DNA from: an uncultured bacterium
GTDB taxonomy: Bacteria; Chloroflexota; UBA5177; JANWHV01
Reading direction: 5' to 3'
NCBI GenBank assembly: GCA_963729625.1
Contig: CAVSOU010000010.1
Span: 224,001 to 288,000, forward strand
Length of the DNA stretch: 64,000 nucleotides
In this document: positions 58,601 to 64,000 of the stretch, piece after piece
Position numbering within the stretch: position 1 is the stretch's first letter
Layout: each line of letters opens with the position of its first letter
Program-made: the position numbers and the translations under genes
Notes under the pieces: model-generated
What the model was told of the DNA's origin: nothing
Database searches by the model: none
The model's input: the letters and a program-made list of their open reading frames with translations, nothing else

Positions 58601-59186
58601 CGACCTGTACTGTACCATGCTGGCCGAAGCGGTAAACGAACAGCGCGGTTTGCCTTCGAGCAGCACAGCTGAAAGGACCGCGCCGGTCATCACGCTGCAG
58701 GTCGACGCCTACATCCCACCGGAATACGTGGAGGACGAGAATCAGCGGCTTCGCCTCTATCAACGCCTGGCCGGCCTGTCGTCGGTGGAGGGCGTCGAAG
58801 ACTTGGGGGCCGAGATGCGAGACCGATTCGGGCCACTGCCGGAGCCGGTTCAAGCAACTCTCGCCATAGTGCGCATCCGTATCAAGGCGGAACTCCTTCA
58901 CATTTCGTCCATAGCTGTCGATCCGATGTGGCTCGTTATGCGCGGTTCTCCCAGCACGACGTACGACCGCGTGAGCCTCTATACGCGGTACGGCATGGCC
59001 GCGAGAATCGATCGCGGAAATCTGCGCGTGCCGCGGTCGAAGATCCTGCCAAGCGGGATCGATGCGGCCGAGGAGATCCTCGATCGCGCGGTTGAGGTAT
59101 CGCGAGCGAGCGCCGGCGGCACCATGGTGAGGCCGCCGCAAACAGACCGCCGTCCCGTCTCGGCCGGCCGCGGCTTTCCCGGGTGA
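55629..59186 (+). CDS. mfd: Transcription-repair coupling factor
   Basis: CarD-like domain, GDVGYGKTEVA, DEEQRFG, QLRGRIGR, DLEIRGAG. Confidence 0.97.
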   Translation: MPSPPANLHPLTRHLAGSQSMARVLDMLRQTGLVAVHGAPRSSQPALAAVLQLETSAAKARQVLLITSDPEQAAIWADEIRYWVEPAVEVLPFPALEALPYERAAPEPGIVQQRQAALEALSGGRPAVVVAPARALLQPLQEPRGFRSRTQVFEARASMAVSAVAANWQSLGYVVTRVVQQPGEFCRRGGIVDVYPADAEWPVRIELAGSEIDSLRLFDPATQRSIGPVSSFKVGPVHPFTLPAQESVLRDLAAVDRSTCLPHVRARWDEELRCLSEGKRFDGLEFYTPYLTQPQVSILSYLADSAVLLLDDRTELARTMNDLVQQARELSDELVARGEIPPGLLFPLLAPEQISEEIDVLPRLEWRTRGGAGSFDLGTHDSLRTSPTYGGSLKRFLEDCDEFRKQEERVIIVSLQEQRLAELLRESGVPVTELATLTALPDRGTVVTVPGQLPEGWLAPEAHIVVLTDAEVAGWVRPRAAARFHRDADENLALDFLPGDYVVHIEHGIGRYQGVVKMGSGRAEREYLDLQYAGTDRLYVPTDQLDRITKYRGMGEETPALSRLGTQEWTRAKAKAKESVDAIARELHDLYNFREHAEGHPFTTDGHWQRELEAAFPFEETVDQAQAILDVKADMERPRPMDRLVCGDVGYGKTEVALRAAFKAVMDGKQVAVLVPTTVLAQQHYNTFRDRMQAFPVQVAVLSRFHARREQLKVVEGIEQGNVDIAIGTHRLLQKDVQFAKLGLLIIDEEQRFGVRHKEHLKQMRRSVDVLTLSATPIPRSLHMGLTQVRDLSVIATAPEGRLPIKTYLEPFDEHHVRDAVMREMDRGGQVYFVHNRVQTIEAIAERLRHLVPQARVAVAHGQMRDDALERIMFDFADRRFDVLVCSTIIENGLDIANVNTMIVNEATQFGLSQLYQLRGRIGRGSRRGYAYLLYNSNVPVSRTAERRLKAIFESTELGAGFQIALKDLEIRGAGTILGSAQHGHLVAVGFDLYCTMLAEAVNEQRGLPSSSTAERTAPVITLQVDAYIPPEYVEDENQRLRLYQRLAGLSSVEGVEDLGAEMRDRFGPLPEPVQATLAIVRIRIKAELLHISSIAVDPMWLVMRGSPSTTYDRVSLYTRYGMAARIDRGNLRVPRSKILPSGIDAAEEILDRAVEVSRASAGGTMVRPPQTDRRPVSAGRGFPG

Positions 59187-59323
59187 GTCAACCGAATTCA
59201 GGTCGCGGTGCTGTCCCCGGTTGCCACTCCTCGATGCGGGTATTGCATCTAGACTGAGCATGGTGGTGAGAGCTGCGCAGGCCGCGGCTCGACCGGCGAG
59301 TTGCAATCAGTGCTGGAGTTGAG

Positions 59324-60373
59324 GTGAGTCAGGTGACACACGGCATCGGGGCGCGGAAACGCCCGACTTCGCCAACCGTCCCCTTGAAGCGCGCGGCCAG
59401 TGCCGTCACCACCATCGCGAACGCCCCGAAGGAAGCTAGTGATTCTGGAGCGAATCAGCAGTCGGCGTTGTCCCAGGCCGCTCACGATTTCCTTGTCGAG
59501 CAGCGAGCGCGGCACGGAGGCCACTCCCACAGCTTTCGCGCGCGATCCTCGGACTTGCGTCTACTCGTCGTCTGGGCGGCGAGCCGGAGTATCAGCGAAC
59601 CCGAGCAGTTGACGAGGACGGTCCTTCGCGCCTGGCTCTCAGACCTGCATGAGCTCGGCTACGCCCGAAGCTCAATGGCCCGAATGCTGTCGACGGCACG
59701 CTCATTCATCCGTTTCCGCGAGCTTGGCGGAGCCACAATCGACCGAGCGGCTCTCACGTTGAGCGCGGGGAGGCAGTCGAAGTCTCTCCCCGACGTGTTG
59801 ACAGAACCGCAGGCCGCTCGGCTGATGGATACTCGCGCGAACGATCTGGCAGGTGGTCTCAAGCCACTCCCATTGCGAGACCAAGCGGCCCTCGAGCTGC
59901 TGTACGGCACTGGTATGCGCGCCGCCGAGCTCTGCTCGCTCCGAATGGGTGACGTGGCGCTGGAATCCCGCGAGGTCGTCATCATGGGCAAAGGCTCGAA
60001 GGAGAGGCGCGTGCTGTTTGGTGCGCCCGCTGCGACCGCGGTGCGGGCATACCTTGCCAGCTCCAGACCGCTGCTCGTCGCCAGGGCGCCTGCCCACGAC
60101 ATGCTGCTGGTCAACTGGCGAGGCGGGCCGCTCAGCGTGCGGGGTCTCGCTCTCATCGTGGAAAAGCGAGCACAAGAGACGGGCCTGTCAGGCGGCCTGC
60201 ACCCGCACACCCTGCGGCATTCGTTTGCCACGCATCTGCTGAACGGTGGGGCGGATCTCCGCACAGTCCAGCTCTTGCTCGGGCACGAAAGCCTCGCCAC
60301 CACGCAGAAATACCTCCACGTTGCGGATCCTCGTCTGCACGACCTGTACCATCGTTGCCACCCACGTGCATAA
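59324..60373 (+). CDS. xerC: Tyrosine recombinase XerC
   Basis: Intact R (TGMR), K (GKG), HTLRH, LGH, Y (TQKY); C-terminal HPRA. Confidence 0.88.
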   Translation: MSQVTHGIGARKRPTSPTVPLKRAASAVTTIANAPKEASDSGANQQSALSQAAHDFLVEQRARHGGHSHSFRARSSDLRLLVVWAASRSISEPEQLTRTVLRAWLSDLHELGYARSSMARMLSTARSFIRFRELGGATIDRAALTLSAGRQSKSLPDVLTEPQAARLMDTRANDLAGGLKPLPLRDQAALELLYGTGMRAAELCSLRMGDVALESREVVIMGKGSKERRVLFGAPAATAVRAYLASSRPLLVARAPAHDMLLVNWRGGPLSVRGLALIVEKRAQETGLSGGLHPHTLRHSFATHLLNGGADLRTVQLLLGHESLATTQKYLHVADPRLHDLYHRCHPRA

Positions 60374-60475
60374 CGTGCGACCTTGGGCCCTGAGCCAAAT
60401 CCCAGGCGATATTCTTGCCGCCGGCACACATGACGTACACTGAGGCTTGGGGCACCTAGAGTGTGACCCCCCAGG

Positions 60476-61021
60476 ATGGCTCAAGTGACTCGATACAGAA
60501 GCACAACGGTTGTCGCCGTCATGCGCAATGGTGTGGCGGCGCTGGCTGGAGACGGACAAGTCACGCATGGCGAGGTTGCGCTAAAGCACAATGCGCGCAA
60601 GATTCATCGAGTGTACAATGATAAGGTGGTGGTTGGGTTTGCCGGATCCGCGGCGGACGGCATCACCCTCGTCGAGCGGCTTGAGGGCCAGCTCGTGCAG
60701 CATGGTGGTCAGCTTCGGAAGGCGGCAGTAGAACTGGCAAAAGATTGGCGAACCGACAAGTACCTCAGACGGCTTGAAGCTGAGGTGGTTGCGGCGACCG
60801 CCGAGGAGTTGCTTGTTGTCACCGGCACCGGCGATGTGATTCAGCCCGATGAAGGCGTGATCGCGATCGGCTCCGGCGGCCCCTACGCATATGCGGCCGC
60901 GACTGCCCTGCTGCAGCACACCGACCTCAGCGCGCCCGAAATCGCGCGGTCGGCGCTGCTCATCGCCGCCTCACTCTGCATTTATACAAACGACCACATT
61001 ATCGTCGAGACCCTGCCGTAA
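60476..61021 (+). CDS. hslV: ATP-dependent protease subunit HslV
   Basis: STTVVAV, GDGQVT, AKDWRTDKYLRRLEA, IGSGG. Confidence 0.96.
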   Translation: MAQVTRYRSTTVVAVMRNGVAALAGDGQVTHGEVALKHNARKIHRVYNDKVVVGFAGSAADGITLVERLEGQLVQHGGQLRKAAVELAKDWRTDKYLRRLEAEVVAATAEELLVVTGTGDVIQPDEGVIAIGSGGPYAYAAATALLQHTDLSAPEIARSALLIAASLCIYTNDHIIVETLP

Positions 61022-61122
61022 TGTATGTGGTGCGACCCCACCGTTCCCAGTCGATCGCGCGAGCCGTCGCGGCGGGCGATTCAACGCTTGCCGTGCGGAT
61101 TGACATGTAGAGGGAAGCTCCG

Positions 61123-62547
61123 ATGGACGAAAAGAAGCTGGAATCGTTGACACCCAAGCAGATCGTGCTGGAGCTCGACAAGTATATCGTGGGCCAGGAC
61201 AAGGCAAAGCGCGCTCTGGCTATCGCTCTGCGCAATCGTTATCGCCGTCAACTCGTGCCAGCGGAGCTTCGTGACGAGATCACTCCCAAGAACATCCTGA
61301 TGATCGGGCCGACGGGTGTCGGAAAGACCGAGCTGGCGCGGCGAATCGCCAAGCTCGCCGATGCCCCATTCATCAAGGTCGAGGCCACCAAGTTCACCGA
61401 GGTCGGCTACGTTGGGCGCGATGTCGACTCGATCATCCGTGACCTCGTCGAGACCAGTGTCACTATGGTGCATGATTCCCAGGTTGAGGAAGTGCGCGCC
61501 GAGGCAGAAGGCCTGGCAACGGAGAAGCTGATCGGGTACCTCGTCGGCTCGCTGGACGGCGACAGCGCAGAGACAACTCCCCCGAGCTCGGAAAACGGCT
61601 CGAAGCCGACTGAGAAACCCGTCGTCGCCGAAAAAAAGAAGGCCGGTGATCTGGCGCGCGCGCGAAGGCGGCGCAAGTCGGTCGCCAAGATGCTCGCCGA
61701 CCAGAAGCTCGAGGAACACATCGTGGAGATCGAGCTGGAACCCGAAGACTCCGGCTGGCCTGCCATGGAGTTCACGGCCGGATTAGGCGGTGACGATGTC
61801 GGCGAGGCGTTCCAGGACTTCCTCGCGCACATGCAGAGCCAGAGAAAGCGGTCGCGCCAGGTGCCGGTGCGCGAGGCACGGAAACTGCTCATCCAGGAGG
61901 AGTCCAACAAACTGATCGATTGGGATGCGGTAGTGGATCGCGCGGTCGAGAAGGTCGAGCAAGGTGCGATTGTGTTTATCGACGAGATAGACAAGATCGT
62001 CGGGCGAGGAGGCGATACCGGCCCCGATGTATCTGGGGAGGGCGTGCAACGGGACCTCTTGCCGATCGTCGAGGGGTCGCAGGTTACAACCCGATACGGT
62101 TCGGTAAAGACGGAGCACGTCCTGTTTGTGGCTGCCGGCGCGTTCGTGCGCGTGCGTCCGTCGGATCTGATTCCTGAGCTGCAAGGTCGCTTCCCGATCC
62201 GAGTCGAGCTGTCTCGCTTGAGCTTCGACGACTTTGTTGCCATCCTCGCGAAGCCGGACAACGCATTGACAAAGCAATACCAGGCGCTCCTCGCCATCGA
62301 GGGTGTCAATCTCGCATTCACTGAGGAGGGTCTGCGAGAGATGGCGAGATTCGCATGCGATATGAATGAGCGGAATGAGGATATCGGCGCGCGAAGGCTG
62401 CACACCGTGGTGGAGCGGGTGCTGGAGGGCATCAGCTTCGACGCGAACGAGCACTCGGGCGAGGCCGTCGTGGTAGACGCCGAGTATGTCCGATCGCACC
62501 TCGCCGACGTGCTGGCCAGGCCGGATCTCTCGAGGTTCATTCTCTAG
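61123..62547 (+). CDS. hslU: ATP-dependent protease ATPase subunit HslU
   Basis: GPTGVGKTE, GYVG, DEIDK, GVQRDLLP, C-terminal DLSRFIL. Confidence 0.97.
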   Translation: MDEKKLESLTPKQIVLELDKYIVGQDKAKRALAIALRNRYRRQLVPAELRDEITPKNILMIGPTGVGKTELARRIAKLADAPFIKVEATKFTEVGYVGRDVDSIIRDLVETSVTMVHDSQVEEVRAEAEGLATEKLIGYLVGSLDGDSAETTPPSSENGSKPTEKPVVAEKKKAGDLARARRRRKSVAKMLADQKLEEHIVEIELEPEDSGWPAMEFTAGLGGDDVGEAFQDFLAHMQSQRKRSRQVPVREARKLLIQEESNKLIDWDAVVDRAVEKVEQGAIVFIDEIDKIVGRGGDTGPDVSGEGVQRDLLPIVEGSQVTTRYGSVKTEHVLFVAAGAFVRVRPSDLIPELQGRFPIRVELSRLSFDDFVAILAKPDNALTKQYQALLAIEGVNLAFTEEGLREMARFACDMNERNEDIGARRLHTVVERVLEGISFDANEHSGEAVVVDAEYVRSHLADVLARPDLSRFIL

Positions 62548-62762
62548 ACCGCAGCTCTCGGGGCGCTACCAGCGTATCCGCATGGATCACGGCGACACGG
62601 TTCGACGCGAGCCGGGGCTGCCGGGAGGATGGCCGCACCTGGACTCCGTCGAGCTCCGGCCGGGGGACGGACACGACAACCGTGAGCGAGTACCAGTCGG
62701 TCCCGGCTGGCCAGCAGTCACCAGGTTCAGGCGCGCCCACAACCCTCCGACATTCCAGCAAG

Positions 62763-62791
62763 TTGCCGGTGCGTGGGACCTTTGCTAAACT
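62763..62791 (+). promoter_or_regulatory. rpsB promoter
   Basis: TTGCCG, 17 bp, TAAACT with TG extension. Confidence 0.6.
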
Positions 62792-62808
62792 CTATAACTG
62801 GCTCCAAA

Positions 62809-62886
62809 TACACACGAGAGCTGACTGCACGGTGGTGGCTTCGTAGAAGCTATGCGTGCGGAAGGACGCTCTCGGAGGAAACAACC
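62809..62886 (+). ncRNA. rpsB (S2) leader, t44-like RNA
   Basis: ACACACGAGAG...CTCTCGGAGG closing stem and internal hairpin directly upstream of rpsB. Confidence 0.65.
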
Positions 62887-62906
62887 ACAAGAAGGGTCGT
62901 ACCCAC

Positions 62907-63824
62907 ATGGCAGTCGCAAGCATGCGCCAGCTCCTGGAGTCTGGCGTTCACTTTGGCCATCAGACCAGGCGCTGGAACCCGAAGATGCGCGAGTACATCT
63001 TCGCCGAGCGCAATGGAATCCACATCATCGACCTGCAGCAGACGGTTCACCTGCTCCAGGAGGCGTACAGTTACTCGCGAAGCCTCGCCGAACAGGGACG
63101 CACGATCTTGTTCGTCGGCACGAAGAAGCAAGCGCAGGAAGCGGTAGCCGAAGAAGCAGCACGCTGCGGCATGTTCTATGTGAATCAGCGCTGGCTTGGC
63201 GGCATGCTCACCAACTTCTCTACGATTCAGCAGCGGCTTCGCCGCATGCTTGAACTTGAGAATCAGGTCAAGAGCGGGGAATTGGCCAGGCGAACAAAGC
63301 GGGAAGGTTTGCATGTGCAGGAAGAGATAGCGAAGCTCAACCGCATACTCGGCGGCGTGAAAGGCATGCATCGACTTCCGGACGCAGTATTCATCATCGA
63401 CACGAAGAAGGAACGGCTGGCAATCCAGGAGGCGACTCGGCTGGAGATCCCGGTCATCGCGCTGCTCGACACGAATTGCGACCCGGATGAAGTCCAGTAC
63501 CCCATCCCGGCCAACGACGACGCCATACGGGCTGTCCGATTGCTCACCAGCAAGATTGCCGATGCGGTAATCGAGGGAAAGCAGGCTCGCGAATCGGCAA
63601 ATGCGGACCTGGACGTCGAGATGCCCGTAGCCGAGTCATACAGCTTCGCCCCGACGCCAGTTGCCTTTGACGCACCCGCGGCGGTCGCGGCGGCGGTAGT
63701 TGCCGAGGAATCTGAGAAGGAAGCAGCCGTGCTGATTGACGAGAGCGAGCTGAGCTTCGCTCCTCCTGCTATCGACGAGGACGTTGCCGAACCTACCGCT
63801 CCCGCGCCTGGAGACGTCCAGTAG
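62907..63824 (+). CDS. rpsB: 30S ribosomal protein S2
   Basis: [34 protein letters not shown]; acidic C-terminal tail. Confidence 0.98.
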   Translation: MAVASMRQLLESGVHFGHQTRRWNPKMREYIFAERNGIHIIDLQQTVHLLQEAYSYSRSLAEQGRTILFVGTKKQAQEAVAEEAARCGMFYVNQRWLGGMLTNFSTIQQRLRRMLELENQVKSGELARRTKREGLHVQEEIAKLNRILGGVKGMHRLPDAVFIIDTKKERLAIQEATRLEIPVIALLDTNCDPDEVQYPIPANDDAIRAVRLLTSKIADAVIEGKQARESANADLDVEMPVAESYSFAPTPVAFDAPAAVAAAVVAEESEKEAAVLIDESELSFAPPAIDEDVAEPTAPAPGDVQ

Positions 63825-63878
63825 TTTGTGCCGGCGTGCACCGTGATACCGCTCACCGTACTCGAAGGGAAAACACTG

Positions 63879-64000
63879 ATGGAGATTACTGCGCAGACAG
63901 TCAAGGAACTGCGCGACATGACCGGCGCCGGGATCATGGACTGCCGGAAAGCTTTGACTGAGGCTGGAGGCAATCTGGCCAAGGCCGAAGCCATCCTCAA
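63879..64000 (+). CDS. tsf: Elongation factor Ts, 5' part (truncated by window edge)
   Basis: [26 protein letters not shown]. Confidence 0.95.
   Translation, partial: MEITAQTVKELRDMTGAGIMDCRKALTEAGGNLAKAEAIL

Noticed and set aside
56553-59306. Long antisense ORFs (917 aa here; also 13168-15150, 36362-37636, 61407-62540, 1375-2487)
   Set aside because: Shadow frames of well-supported genes on the opposite strand, as expected at high GC
59324-60373. xerC or the 44.5 kb recombinase as a prophage or island integrase
   Set aside because: Both are embedded in core genes with no phage genes or att sites; no dif-like site was recognised either

Overview
A 64 kb window from a GC-rich bacterial chromosome, most likely Chloroflexota (inferred from the NusA N-terminus with no rimP, and from gene order). 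It has three parts. (1) 1-2.6 kb is core: the 3' end of trpA, aroC, trpS and tRNA-Pro(GGG). (2) 2.6-32.9 kb is an accessory region between two convergent tRNA genes (Pro and Leu). It holds an AbiEi/AbiEii type IV toxin-antitoxin pair with a consensus promoter and palindromic operator, several gene remnants, and a GntR-linked peptide/proline-type catabolic cluster (peptide ABC, M42 peptidase, enolase-superfamily enzyme, Xaa-Pro peptidase, DapA-family enzyme). It also holds an LLM oxidoreductase, a LacI/GH4 sugar-uptake locus, and a second peptide ABC with a dipeptidase. A decaying stretch and an orphan Flp pilin follow at 33-35.7 kb. (3) 36-64 kb is core: nusA-ylxR-infB-rbfA-nrnA-truB-ribF-like, rnc plus a divergent tyrosine recombinase, coaBC, rpmE-DUF1385-prfA-prmC, argF, hemW, rdgB-rsmA-pth-mfd, xerC-hslV-hslU, and rpsB-tsf. 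The best candidates for something undescribed are (a) a Xer-like protein with altered catalytic residues and an N-terminal QLTLF clamp-binding-like motif, coupled to rnc, and (b) a promoter-driven ~160 nt rod-shaped RNA resembling 6S RNA upstream of nusA. All calls come from reading motifs by eye; no searches or folding programs were run.
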